This document shows positions 15,426 to 28,578 of a stretch of 64,000 nt of DNA, in pieces. How positions within the stretch are numbered: position 1 is the stretch's first letter; every line of letters begins with the position of its first letter. Under the pieces are notes generated by a model that was not told where the DNA came from, did not search any database, and saw only the letters and a list, made by a program, of their open reading frames with translations. Where the stretch lies: NCBI GenBank assembly GCA_951406725.2, contig OX597817.1:75268001-75332000 (forward strand), given 5' to 3'. The stretch comes from Octopus vulgaris (taxonomy: Eukaryota). The position numbers were made by a program, and so were the translations under genes.

Positions 15426-18216
15426 GTAAGATTTGCTGAAAATTTCCATTTCGACATGTATGTATACATTCTCGTAAACTCAGATGTATATATACATACG
15501 CACGTGCATGTGTGACAAGGTGTATGTATGTACACATGTACATTGTTTTTTCACGTACCCCATACAAGTACATGTAGATACGCTTGTATATGGGTATATA
15601 TACATATACCTTTGTATACACAAATGAACATCTGTATATACATACACCTGTGCGTATATATATATATATACATACATATATATATGTCTTTATATCCTGT
15701 TGAATTTCATTATTTTACTCTGAAACTTTCACTGTCTTACTGTTTGTCTTCCTCTGTTTTATTCTTTCTCTCTATGCCTCTTGTTGTTATTCTTCTCTCT
15801 CTCTCGAAGCTGTCCATTATCGATCGATTCGCCGTGTCTACGCTTATATCTACATTGATAAATTCCCCAGAGAAGCCTTTTCACTTGCTACCCATGCATG
15901 TTGGCTGGTTGAGTCCCTGGCATTTTCCTCCCTTACATCATCCATCTCTCCTCATCGATTACCACATATTCGCTCACACATGCATGAACAAACCTTCTCA
16001 TACATAATATGCATATTATATGGAACTGATATTCTCTATCCATAATTGCTTATACTCTCAACGACCATTATACCCCAAGCCGTATTTATTTATCATTATC
16101 CTAGACATTTCGATTATCCAGCCCTCATAGAGAATAAACGTCTACAAGAAGGAACTACATCTGGAATCGAAGGACACATTGAGTATGGTAGTCCGAGAAA
16201 CATCGAAAAAAGACGAGGTGGTCATGGTTGGACTGCTAGAAAGAACAGGCTAATGATACCTTAATTACACTGTACTGTCTCAAAAAAAAAAAAAAAGTTT
16301 CCGGCTTGAAAAAAAAATATTACTGGATGGTTATGGTTGGAGCCCCCTTATAAGTCTGACAAGCAAAGGAGCATCTACGTGATGGTAAGCGCGGCCCTCT
16401 CCAGTAGCAAATAAAATCTACCTTAAATCACCCGTACCAATTTCAGAAACGACATGTTGGAAAAGGTACCCCCAGATATTACAAAAAAAAAAAAAGTGAT
16501 AAAAACGAAGAAAAAATAGTCACGGTTCGAACGTCTTGGCTATTACATAAGTTTATTCAAACAAAACTGAGTTTGTATGGACTAAAGCAGCAACTCCTGG
16601 GTTTTGTTAAACCATTTCTTTGCAAATGTACATATACATGTATTTTACCTGAGATGCACGTATGCATAGACTAACAGGTTTATTGCTCAGATATGCCCAC
16701 ACATACATGTACACAAACAAACACATTTAAACAAACATACAGACACACATGTGCACACATACTTACACAAACACACGGATGTACACAAATGCAGACATAA
16801 ACACGCTCACGCACTTACACAGACACGAACACACAGACTTGCACGCCCACGTACAAACATAAACACACGGATGTAAGCACACATACATGCGACATGTTTT
16901 CAGTATATGTAAATGCTTGAAACCTAATAATCTATTTGGCTTTATAGATTTCGTGAAGATTTTCATTTCCCACGCTTACCTTTAATGGCCTTCCTTCCTC
17001 GCCTTCTTTTTTCGTAGACGACAGGCAAATCTAACGTATTTTCGTGAATAAATTTATTTCAATAAATAAATAATTTTCACAAAATCTCTTATCGACTGCG
17101 CTCTTTTCCCATAGTTTTGTCTCTATTCAAATTACAACACAAATGCCTTTTGAGCCAACACGGAAGTGAACCGCTACGTGATTTAATGCTTAACCCTAGG
17201 TCCCTGATCGCGTATGCAGAATAAAAGGCATTCCAGCCGCGACTTTTCCGTCTGTTTCCTATGTGTAGGAATTCAGGATATATATCATCACCCCGTGTGT
17301 CCTTTTTAGAAGACTGTCGAAGTGGCAGGGTGTGTTTTGCGAATGGTTTGATAGTTATTCGCTATAGATCAAACGACCACATAAAAGCAATCCGTGTTGT
17401 GTTGTCTACGTGGTCGCTCGAATTGCTAGAAATAAGTCAGAACTTTCTCAAATCCTCCACCACTTAAAAAAATGGAAGGATACGGGGATTGATAACACTA
17501 CAATTTAGTGGATCACCACAGATGTGTGAGCTCTTTGATCGCTGGTTGATCAGGGCTGGCCATGAGCTACACAACAACAATAGTTTTTTTTTTTTAAATT
17601 AACTTATTGAGGACAAGCGCAATTCTTTCGTTCTGTCGATATTCACATTTTTTTTGTCCAGTCTTTCACTTGAACGAAGCAAAACAAATTGTTTTTGTTG
17701 TTATTACAACAGGATTTGTGTATGAGGAAGTAAATTCGTCTGAATTAGTCTTGATGGCTTGTCTGTAAAGAACTTCTCTCGGTATGACTAGCAACTCGTT
17801 CTTGTTTAGTCCACGTTGTTTATGTAGATCGAGTCAATCTATAATCATACGCTTTCCAGCCGTGACCACAGGACTATTTTCCAACGTGCTCTCTCTTTTA
17901 ACGGTGATTTGAAGGAGATTTAATTGCTATTTCCAGCAAGACATTGACCCGCCCATTTACTCATTGAATAAGTTTCAAAGAAATGTTAATATTATTTTTC
18001 AGTGTGTTGCCTCGCAGCATTTCTGTTTATTAAACTTTTTTGCTTATATCTAAATTAACATACGTGTGGAAAGAAGCTTACTTCCCAACCACATGGGCCC
18101 GAGTTCAGTCCCACTGCGTGGCATCCTGGGGAAGTGTCTTCTGCTATAGCCTCACGCCAACTAAAGCCTTATGAGTGGATTTGGTAGACAGAAACGGAAA
18201 GAAGCCAGACATACGC

Positions 18217-18332
<116 letters not shown>

Positions 18333-19730
18333 TTGTTCCCGTAACCACTTGACAACTGGTGTTGGTGTGTTTACGTCCTTGTAATTTAGCAGTTCAGCAA
18401 AAGAGACTGATAAAATAAGTATCAGGCTTAAACGAAAATAGGCACTGGGGTCGATTAGTTTGACTAAAATTCCTCAAGGTGGTGCTCCAGCATGGCTGCT
18501 GTCTAATGACTGAAACAAGTAAAAGATAAAAGATATATAAATAAATCATTGATATGAATTAAATTTGGTACTTAATTCTTCTGATTGGGCACAAATTCTT
18601 TTTATGGAGAAAAGGCACAGATTGCCAAGTCAGAGTCAGTCACCTCTTAGTTTATATACGTTGCTGGTAACTTATTTTATGAATTTTGGGGGGATGAAGG
18701 GCCAAAACGAACTGCAATGGGATTTGAACATGGGATACAGCACAACTAAGTACTACTGCACTCTTCATCTTAATCCACTAAAAATTTAAGTGTTTGGCTG
18801 TGCTTATGCCATATTTCTGGCCATGATGTTTGGCTTTTTCTGCTAAAATGAAGACAGTTTCATCAGACAAGAAGTTCCACTAAAGGAATTCTGTTGTTAT
18901 TTGTGCAGGAAATGTTAATGCAAGATGCCCACAGCTCTTTGGTACCAGACATAAAATTTTATTGAGTTTTAATAAGTTGTTGCTCTTTAACACCAGATTA
19001 TACTTGACCAAGCTGATCTATGACCAAACGTTTTCCAGTATGTAGTCATGGTCATCTTGTCATTTTTGGGGTATGAAGGGCAATATCTAATGTATCCTAT
19101 CTCATATGACTGAAGAGTGGTTTGAGGGAGAATTAGCTGCTATTTCAAGCAGTTTGGATGACCACAGAGTGATTGGCCTGATATAATCTCAATGCTTTTG
19201 AGAATGATGTACATGGTACTTACTTTAGAAATCCTTGTCTTTATGTAAAACAGTACAATGATGTGGTAAGAAGCTTACTTCCCAACTACTTGGTTTAGTC
19301 CTGCTGCCTTTCACCTTGGGCAAGTATCTTCTATAGCTTTGAGCCAACCAAAGCCTTGTGAGTGAATTTGGTAGATGGTAACTGAAAGAAGTCTGTCTTA
19401 AATATGTTTGTGTGTGGTGTGTTACTGTCTCCTTGCCTTGACATTGCGTGATAGTTGTAAGCAAGTGACAGCGTCATGCAAGCAGTGTCATTCTTTTCCA
19501 ATTTTTTCGTCAAAACATATTTGGTCATGTGGAAATATTACCTTACTCGGAAACAAATGAGGGTTGGCGACAGGAAGGACATCCAGCCATAGAAAACTTG
19601 CTTCAGCAAATTCCATCTGACTTGTATGAGCGTGGAAATGTGGATGTTAAAACATTGGTGATGGAGTATACTGAACAGTTCCTAATTTACTGGACAGTTT
19701 ATATTTTATGAATTTTTTTGTCTTTTTCAG

Positions 19731-19795
19731 CTGAGAATGAAATGGATACCAGTTTATCGGAGGACCCTCTTCAAAATGCTGATTTTGATAATCCA
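19731..19795 (+). CDS. SIRT1: SIRT1 probable exon 2 (65 nt; AENEMDTSLSEDPLQNADFDNP)
   Basis: Strong acceptor TTTTTTTGTCTTTTTCAG and donor CCA|GTGAGT. Phase 1 in and phase 0 out bridge exon 1 and exon 3 exactly. Confidence 0.7.
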
Positions 19796-19844
19796 GTGAG
19801 TAAATTTCCTCTATGTTAAAAAGTAAAGCTGACAATTTTATCAA

Positions 19845-20335
19845 AATAGATGAACATCAATGGAATTTGTATCTTTGTGGTACCAGTGCCGGTGGCACGT
19901 GGCACACAAGAAAACCATCCGAACGTGGCCGTAGCCAGTACCGCATCGACTGGCCTCCGTGCTGTGGGCACGTAACAAACACCATCCGATCGTGGCCGTT
20001 TGCCAGCCTCATCTGGCACCTGTGTCGGTGGCACATAAAAACACCATCCGAGTGTGGCCGTCTGCCAGCCTCGTCTGGCACCTGTGTCGGTGGCACATAA
20101 AAAACACCATCCGAGCGTGGACGTTTGCCAGCCTCGTCTGGCACCTGTGTCGGTGGCACATAAAATCACCCACTACACTCTCGGAGTGGTTGGCGTTAGG
20201 AAGGGCATCCAGCTGTAGAAACACTGCCAGATCTGACTGGACTGGTGCAGCTTTCGGGCTCCCCAGACCCCAGTTGAACTGTCCAACCCATGCTAGAATG
20301 GAAAGCGGACGTTAAATGATGATGATGATGATGAT
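19845..20335 (+). mobile_element. Non-autonomous RTE-related retroposon (SINE-like) with ~60-bp tandem units and (GAT)n tail
   Basis: Repeated unit GCCAGCCTCGTCTGGCACCTGTGTCGGTGGCACATAAAAACACCATCCGA, then the core TTGGCGTTAGGAAGGGCATCCAGCTGTAGAAAC and a (GAT)n tail. Other copies lie near 20413, 22010, 28750, 41380, 48045, 48745(-), 52610, 58393, 59570, 62045 and 62447. Confidence 0.85.
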
Positions 20336-20556
20336 GATATATAAGTTTGTATATTTGTATAAGTATAGGTATCTGTCTATGTCTATCATATATATATATA
20401 TATATATAATCATGTTGGCGTTAGGAAGGGCATCCAGCCGTAGAAACACTGCCAAATCTGACTGGGCCTGATGAAGCCTTCCGGCTTCACAGACCCCAGT
20501 TAAACCGTCCAACCCATGCTAGCATGGAAAATGGACGCTAAATGATGATGTGTGTG

Positions 20557-20853
20557 TGGAGGCACAATGGCCCAGTGGTTAGGGCAGCGGACTCGCGGTT
20601 TCAATTCCCAGACTGGGCGTTGTGAGTGTTTATTAAGTGAAAACACCTAAAAGCTCCACGAGGCTCCAGCAGGGGGTGTTGGCGATCCCTGCTGTACTCT
20701 TTAGCCACAACTTTCTCTCACTCTTTCTTCTGTTGGCCTGCTCGCTTAGCCAGCGGGGTGGTGTCATTTGAAGGCTAAAACAATGCGAAGCGCATTGTGA
20801 CCAGTGATGTGTAGCAACATCTGATTGCCTGGTTGGTCATGGTTATCATGGTG
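20557..20853 (+). mobile_element. tRNA-derived SINE (second copy at 39618-39919)
   Basis: A-box TGGCCCAGTGG and B-box-like GGTTTCAATTCC. The closely similar copy at 39618 also ends in a (TA)n run. Confidence 0.8.
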
Positions 20854-21732
20854 ATATATATATATATGAAAGAGAGAGTAATAAAGATGAAACAAATGAG
20901 TATTTGGGGCACTACTGCATGTTTCCATAGTAAACAAAGTACATCATATAATTTAGCATGTAACAATATGCAAGATAGTGTAATATTATGTAATATTGTG
21001 TTTAATTAAAATGCCTCTTTTTTCACTACATTTGTGTGTGTATGTGTGTACACACACACACACATCTATGTACAGTATATCATCATCATTTTATGCCTGC
21101 TTTTCTAAGCCTGAATGGGTTGGACTCCATATCAGCTCTTATTTCTAGTTACTGCCTTCCCATATGTTTCAGGACAATGTCTTGTGTTGTGCTCAACATT
21201 TGGTACGGTTTCTATGGCTGGATGCCCTATTTATTGCTATCCACTTTACAAATTGTACCGTTTGAATTTTATTGTGGCACCGAAACACAAGGGTTGTCTT
21301 GCTCCTGAGGACTACAGTGAGAGGATTATAAGAGGAAAGGGTGAGGTATAACTGTGTAGTTAAGAAACTTGCTTCCCAACTATGTGGTTTCAGGTTCAGT
21401 CCCACTGTACAGCATGATGAATAAGTGACTTCTACTATAGCCCTTGGTCAACCAAAGCCTTGTAAGTGGATTTGGTTGATGAAAACTGAAAGAAGCCCAT
21501 TGTGTCTGTGTCCTCTTTTGACAACACTTGATTGTAAACAAGCATCACCATTGCTCATTTCCAGTTTTCTGGTAAAATAAATCTGATAATATGGAATATT
21601 ACCTTTCATGGAAACAGGTGAGGGTTGGCAACAGGAAGAGCATCTTGTTATAGAAAATCTACTTCAGCGAATTCCATGACTTTTGCAAGTATGGTAATGT
21701 TGATGCTAAAATATTGATTATATATATATATA

Positions 21733-21767
<35 letters not shown>

Positions 21768-23430
21768 ATATTATGCACACTTGAGTATAATGGTCACCTG
21801 TGATTATAGACATTGAAATCTCTTGTGTACTATTCCCTCTAATCTGCACAACTGTGCACATTCTCATGCATTTTGAAATCAGCTTACAAAAGATATTAAT
21901 GTATGCACAGAAAGTTGTCTAAAATAATGTGATTAAATAATTATTCTTATACATTGAGTGTGCACATATTTTTGTCATATGAAAAAATTTACTCAGCATA
22001 AGATTTTTGTACTTAGGCAAGTGAGGATCAGAATCGAAATTGATCAATGGAAATTGCAGATGTGTTACCAGTGCCGGTGGCATGTCGAAACTCTACTTGT
22101 GAAGACCCATTGAGGCAAGTGAGGATCAGAATCGAAATCGATCAACGGAAATCGATATCGATCAATGGAAATTGCAGATGTGTTACCAGTGCCGGTGGCA
22201 TGTAAGAGAACCTTCCGTTTCGCGACTGTTGCCAGCACCGCCCCGTTTCGTGTCCGTTGCCAGCCTCGCCTGGCCCTCGTGCCGGTGGCACATAAAAAGC
22301 ACCATCCGTTCGTGGTCGTTTGCCAGCTCTATCTGGCACCTGTGCGGATGGCACGTAAAAAGCACCCACTACACTCTCGGAGTGGTTGGCGTTAGGAAGG
22401 GCATCCAGCCGTAGAAACACTGCCAGATTTGACTGGGCCTGATGAAGCCTTCTGGCTTCACAGACCCCAGTAGAACCGTCCAACCCATGCTAGCATGGAA
22501 AACGGACGCTAAACGATGATGATGATGATGATTACTGTAATTTGATGAAACATTGCCTTATTTATGGTAAACTTTTCTTTAGTATTATGATGCATGGGGA
22601 AAGTATGTTTAGTCTGATTTATTGTTATTGCTATATAAAATAGATTGACGAAGTTTATGTATCCTAGATGAAGCAAAAACAGATTTGAAAGAGATATATG
22701 AACCTCAACAGAGTAGGCCATAACAGTACTCACAGCTGCAGAAGTCATGTGATCGTAATTTTTAGTGAGGAAGAGAATGTGTCTTATACATGAATAAATA
22801 CAATATAAAATTTATTGGAAGTTGAAATTTTGTTTGTTGTTTCCTCCTAGTTTTTTGTTGTTGATAATCATCTGAAGATTATCTGGAAAACTGAAGACCT
22901 CAGAGTAATGATTTGTGAATTTTTCAAGTTGTGTAAATTATATAATACTGTATTCTGAGTACTTTTATTTTCTCTTGCTTGGCTGCACTAACGTGTATTC
23001 ATTTATGTATGTTTGTGTGTGTGTCTGTATATGTTCTTGAAAATATTGATATTTAAATGTCACATAACCTTATCAATTAAAATGTTATCTAGAAGTTTAA
23101 TAATTGTAGCGTTATAATTATCAACTTAGGCAGTGATGTTTACATTTGAAAGATGAATTGCATTCACACACAAGCATGAATTTCCAATGAATGATCAATA
23201 ATGATATATGAATGATCACACTAGTGGCATTTATTTTTAGCTTCTCTTGACAAGTGAAAGTAACTTCACTCTGAGTGAGATTTGATCTTGGAACTTAGAG
23301 GGCCAAAACTAAGTGCTGAAATGTAATTTTACCTGGCATTATATTCTTTCACTCATATACAAATATTTGATGATGATGATTATGACCCTTTCTACTAAGG
23401 GACAAGTACTTAATCGGTATTTTATTCAAA

Positions 23431-23660
23431 GGCAGCGAGCTGGCAGAAACGTTAGCACGCCGGGCGAAATGCTAGGCGGTATTTCGTCTGCATTACGTTG
23501 TGAGTTCAAATTCTGCTGAGGTCGACTTTGCCTTTCATCCTTTCGGGGTCGATAAATTAAGTACCAGTTACGCACTGGGGTCGATGTAATCGACTTAATA
23601 CTTATGTCTGTCCTTGTTTGTCCCCTCTGTGTTTAGCCCCTTGTGGGTAATAAAGAAATA
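23431..23660 (+). mobile_element. tRNA-derived SINE with Meta-like central domain
   Basis: B-box GAGTTCAAATTC and core GCCTTTCATCCTTTCGGGGTCGATAAATTAAGTACCAG, flanked by GGTATTTTATT direct repeats. Many older copies nearby (about 550-740, 24030-24520, 27330, 55580, 57545). Confidence 0.8.
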
Positions 23661-24517
23661 GGTATTTTATTTTATCAATCCCGTAAGGATGAAAGGCAAA
23701 GTTGATATCCGTGACTTTTGAACTCTGACATAAAGAACTAGAAAAAAGCATTTGCCTAATGATGCCTAATGATTGAACCATTTTCTGAAATAGTTGCAAG
23801 GCTGTAAATTTTGGTTGGCAGATTGGTTGATTAAACCAACCCCCAGTACTTGTTTGGTACTTTATTTCATCAACCATGGAGGAATAAGAGGTTTTAGCAG
23901 GATTTGAACTGTAAAGGAATATAACTAAATACCAAACTCTTTTAATATGAGATTTCTAATATTGGCACATGGCCACGTGTTTTAGGAAAAGGATATCAAC
24001 TTAATCAATACCAATATGTTACTAAGGAGGGAAGCTGGCAGAATTGTTAGCATGCCAGGCAAAATGCTTTGTGTCATTTCATCTCCTCACATTCTGAGTT
24101 CAAATTCTACCAAGTTCGACTTTGCTTTTCATCCTTTCAGGGTCAGTAAAATAAATATCAGTTGAACTCTGGGGGTGATGTAATTGACTAACCCTTTCCC
24201 CCAAACTTGCTGACCTTGTGCCAAAATTTGAAACCAGTATATTACTAATACTAAGTTGGTGATCTGGTAGAATTGTTGGCACAGGGGATAAAATGCTTCA
24301 TGGCATTTCGTTTGTCCTCATGTTCTGAGTTCAGATTTCACTAAGGTTGATTTTGCCTTTCATCCTTTTGGGGTCGATAAAATAAGTACCTCGTATTATT
24401 TGTTCAAGCTCTTATGTTTTGAGTTCAAATCTTGCTCAGGCCAGTTTTGCTTTTCCTCCTTCTGGGGTCAATAATGTGAAAGTAAAGTATCAGTCAAGCA
24501 CTGAGGTTCATATAATT

Positions 24518-24776
24518 CAGTGGTTCCCAAACTTTTTCAGGCTGCTGCCCCCATGGTTCTAAGAACACATTCCTTGTGCCCCCTGCCCCACTACTCGCCA
24601 TCACAGACATAGACCATTTTCTACAGCAAATTCAAAATAACAGTATTTCACAAATAAAACAAATTAACCCTTTATTTTGTTTGATTTTTTTTTTTTACAT
24701 TCATTGCTCTGTTTTGGTCACCCCATTATGACCCCATTTTTCTTCAACTTTCCACCGCCCACTTTGGGAACAACTG
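24518..24776. mobile_element. hAT (Charlie-like) MITE
   Basis: TIRs CAGTGGTTCCCAAA / TTTGGGAACAACTG. Confidence 0.65.
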
Positions 24777-27700
24777 AAATTGATTGCCTTTCCTCCACTA
24801 CCCCCAAATTTCTGACCTTGTGCATATGTGAGAAATCATTATTATTCACACCTTTTGTTACCACATTTCTTTGTTTTAATTAATTTTGAAAATAACAAAG
24901 AATTTAGTAAAGTAACTCTGGCATTGTTGAGCTTGTGTCTGGAACATAAATTAACATGGGATTTTGGTGAAAGATTTTCATCTAGATCATTTTAAAACAA
25001 GTTTGTATCATAGAACTAGGGGTTGCTCCATGTGGGTTAATCTCATTAGGGTTAATTAAGTATAAAACTTTCTAAGTTTGGAGTATTCCAGGCTTTCTGA
25101 AGAGTATTAAAGAAGTAAATGAATGGCTCTAACTAGGAATTAATACAAAGGCTACAAAAATTCAATTTACCAAGAATTTACTGCTGCCACAAAGGTGTAT
25201 TCAGACATTTTCCCAGTTCACACGTTTCTTAGTTGAAGACATCACCCTAGTGTTCATGATGTTAGATTATTATCTAACCAGAACGATTTTATGTAGTTGC
25301 TTGACCTGCTAGAAATAGCAACCAATTCTCTCTCCAGTGATATTACCATCTTAAAAGAAGGATGAGTTGAATGATGTAGTGTGACTGACATAAACAATAT
25401 CTGTAAAGTTAGGATGGTCATAGCTAGAGTGCCTTTGAATATTGGTCTGCTTGACTGAGGCTGGCCTTAAGCTAAACAAAAGTTACCTAGAGATATGTGT
25501 CACAATGCACAAATTCACTCAGACATTCCAGCCTCTGCCCTCCAGGTGTGCTCTCTTCTCTCTTCCTTTTGTACTGCTACTATAGTGGCCTCTGTTCTTC
25601 AGAGCTAGCTGGTCTCATTCCACCATCGTTCAGTTCCTCTGAACTTACTTTGTTTCTCCTATTGTTATTATTCATGTTATGCCCACCCCCACCACTGCCC
25701 CCACCCCCAACCAATATACCCAGTCCTTCCTCTTGAGATAGTTGTCCCTCTAGATTTTCCTCCCTATTCATACCTTTCCTGGTATCAGAGGGCCTGTCCA
25801 AATCCAGGCCCTCTAATACCACCCAAAAAGCAAGTAGGAAGGTATGTCCATAAAAGTCTTTTTAATCCAGATGTTTCTGCATGGCTGAATCAATTAAAAG
25901 AAATATTTCTGTGGAAATGCACAGCCTTTGTTTCAATTAATTTTGAAAATTATGAAGAATTTTGTAAAATAACTTTATCATTATTAAGCTTGTATTTAAA
26001 ACATAAATCAGTGTGAAATTCTAAAGAATGATTTTAATTTTGATCACTTCAAAACATTTCAAAGAGGAAGTTTGTGTCACAGAACCAGAGGCAGTCTTAG
26101 GCAGATTGGTATCAAAAAGGTTAGGAAAAATTACAGTAATCCTAACATTCTTTTTGGAATGTTTCACTCCAAACAATTCCAATGTCTATGTTTTAAATCA
26201 CACAATTCAGTGCTTCTTTCCAAATTGGTCATCACTATATTTCCATTGGTGTATATTTTTAATATCTTCAGGTACCATATTTTCGTTTGTTATACACCAT
26301 CTCTTTCATCATCAGCATTTTACTGTACAGATTTTCCCACACATTTATTTTATCTTTTTGTCATCCTACATCATCTCTATCTATTGTCCTCTTACTCAAC
26401 ATTATGCGATTTTGTCTCGCCATTATTTCCATGTCATTCTTGGTCTTCCACTTGTGTCTTCCACTGATGGTGCACAGTATTTTCCACTTGATGTTCATGA
26501 CCATCTGCATTGCATCTTTACCACATCTTGACTCACACAACCACAAACCAAGAACAGAGTTTTAACATGGTTGCTTGACTTGCTAGAAGTAGACACCAAA
26601 TCTTACTCAAATCATATTCCTGCTATTTTAATGAATGCCAGGCACATTAGAAAATATAGTGTTTGATATACTGACAAATGAGATAGTCACAACTGGAATG
26701 TGTTTGGTCACAGGACTGGTCAATCAGACCTGATATGTAATGAAATAACAGCCAAAACAGTAATCTTTTGCACCTACATTGGCTGATGGCCTTAATCCCT
26801 TTGATAACAACCCACCTGAAACTGTCCTTGATTCTATGATAAAAACTTCCTGTTTAAAGTTACCAAAATTAAAAATTGTTGATGGAAATTTCACATTCAT
26901 TTATATTCCAAACATAAACTTAATGACTGAAAATATTTTACTAAATTCTCCATTATTAGAGTGAAATATTCCAAAAATTAATTGAAATAACAGCAGTGTA
27001 TTTCAACAGAAATCCATGTCATAGTACTTTCCTAAAATCTCTCCAGCCTCTACAGACAAGCCAAATTTCTGTGCTTCGTGTCTCGCTATCATGCAACATC
27101 ACCCTCTATACTGTACAGTAATACATTTCACTCATTGGTTTAATTACAGCTCAATGATGCGTGTGTGTGTGTGTGTGTGTGTGCATGAATGCTAAAATGT
27201 GGCTTATGAAGTAGAGTACATTTTGTACTGAATAAAACTTTTGATAAATAAACAATACTGATGACGAAACTTACAGCCTGATTATATCATTAGTCATAAC
27301 TTCTCTAATAATCCTTTTTAATATAGACACGAGGCCTGAAATTTTGTGGGGAGTGAGCTTATCAATTCCATCAACCCCAGTGCTTAACTGGTTCTTTATT
27401 TTATCAACTCTGAACAGATAAAAGGCAAAGTTGAGCTTAGCATGTAAAAAGTCAGAAAAAATGCTTCTGAGAGATCTGCCCAATGTGCTTACTGTTCTGC
27501 CAGCTTGCCAAGTTTTTACTTCCTTGTAAAATGGCTCTTCTTAATAAACAGAAGTTAGTTTTTAAATTGAGTCCTTTTGACACCAGCAAAGTTCTTTGCA
27601 ATTATTCCACTACTACTCCCATTAATAGCTTCCATGCTGTCATGTGACCATTCTTCAATAACATGAATATATTAGACAAAAATTTATTGATTCATCTATC

Positions 27701-28365
27701 ATTTATTGTTGCTTATTTGAAGTCCATAGGTTGTAGGTCATATAGAAATAAAAATGATTACTGGTAATATGATAGTGTTAATTCCTAAATCGTTATGAAG
27801 TTTGATATTAATTGGTATTATTTAGTGGCTAAAAGACAATCCTACCTCTGGAAAGGATGGTCATGTGGTCAAGAAAGTTGCTTTGCAACCATCTGGTTTT
27901 GAGTTCAGTCCCACTGTGTGGTACCATGGGCAAGTGTCTTCTATAGTCACAGGCCAACTAATGTCTTCTGAGTGAATTTGGTAGATGGAAACTGTGTGGA
28001 AGCCCATTGTCTGTGTGTGTATGCACCTTTTTGTTTGTATTTTCCCTCTAAAACTTGACAACTATTGTTGGTTTGTTGATGTCCTTGTAACTTAGTGGTT
28101 TAGCATAAAAGATTCATGGAATAAGAATCAGAGTTAAAAAAAGAAGGTACTGAAGTTCGTTTGATTTGACTAAATCTATCAAGGCAGTGCTCCAGTGTGG
28201 CCACAACCCAATGACTGAAGCAAGTAAAAGATAAAAGATATGTATATGTCAGGTAGGTCATCCAGCTGTAGAAACCATGCTAATGCAGACATTGTTGCTC
28301 AACATAGTCCTTGGGCTTGAATCATGTCAAACCACCCAACCCAAACCAGCATGGAAGAGGGATGT

Positions 28366-28578
28366 TTAACCCTCTAGCATTTAAACTGAACATATCTGGC
28401 CTAAATATTCTACCTATTTTATGTTCAAACCAGCCAGATCTGGCCTCTCACACATAACCTATAATGTCATTCTTAAATTAAATAATCTCATCATTGGAAG
28501 CTATGAGATAATGCAAATTAAAAACAATGTGAATAAAAAGCATTACATTTGACAGTAATCTGAATGCTAAAGGGTTAA
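28366..28578. mobile_element. piggyBac-type MITE (opposite orientation to the 6360 copy)
   Basis: Ends read TTAA-CCCTCTAGCATT ... AATGCTAAAGGG-TTAA. Confidence 0.75.

Noticed and set aside
14600-15621. Antisense and alternative-frame ORFs over exon 1
   Set aside because: Shadows of trinucleotide repeats in the real coding frame.
19880-20165. CRISPR-like repeat/spacer appearance
   Set aside because: The units repeat in full without unique spacers, belong to a dispersed retroposon, and there are no cas genes in this eukaryotic context.
20557-20640. Possible tRNA genes (also ~3260-3334 and ~39618-39690)
   Set aside because: A and B boxes continue into multi-copy SINE bodies, and I could not fold a complete cloverleaf.
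25497-25810. 79-aa ORF as a host exon
   Set aside because: It resembles a decayed CR1/L2-type LINE 3' fragment (YCYYSGLCSSELAGLIPP) and does not fit the SIRT1 frame; too degenerate to annotate confidently.
27258-27272. CTGATGACGAAAC hammerhead-like string
   Set aside because: No room for stem II and no flanking stems; likely chance.
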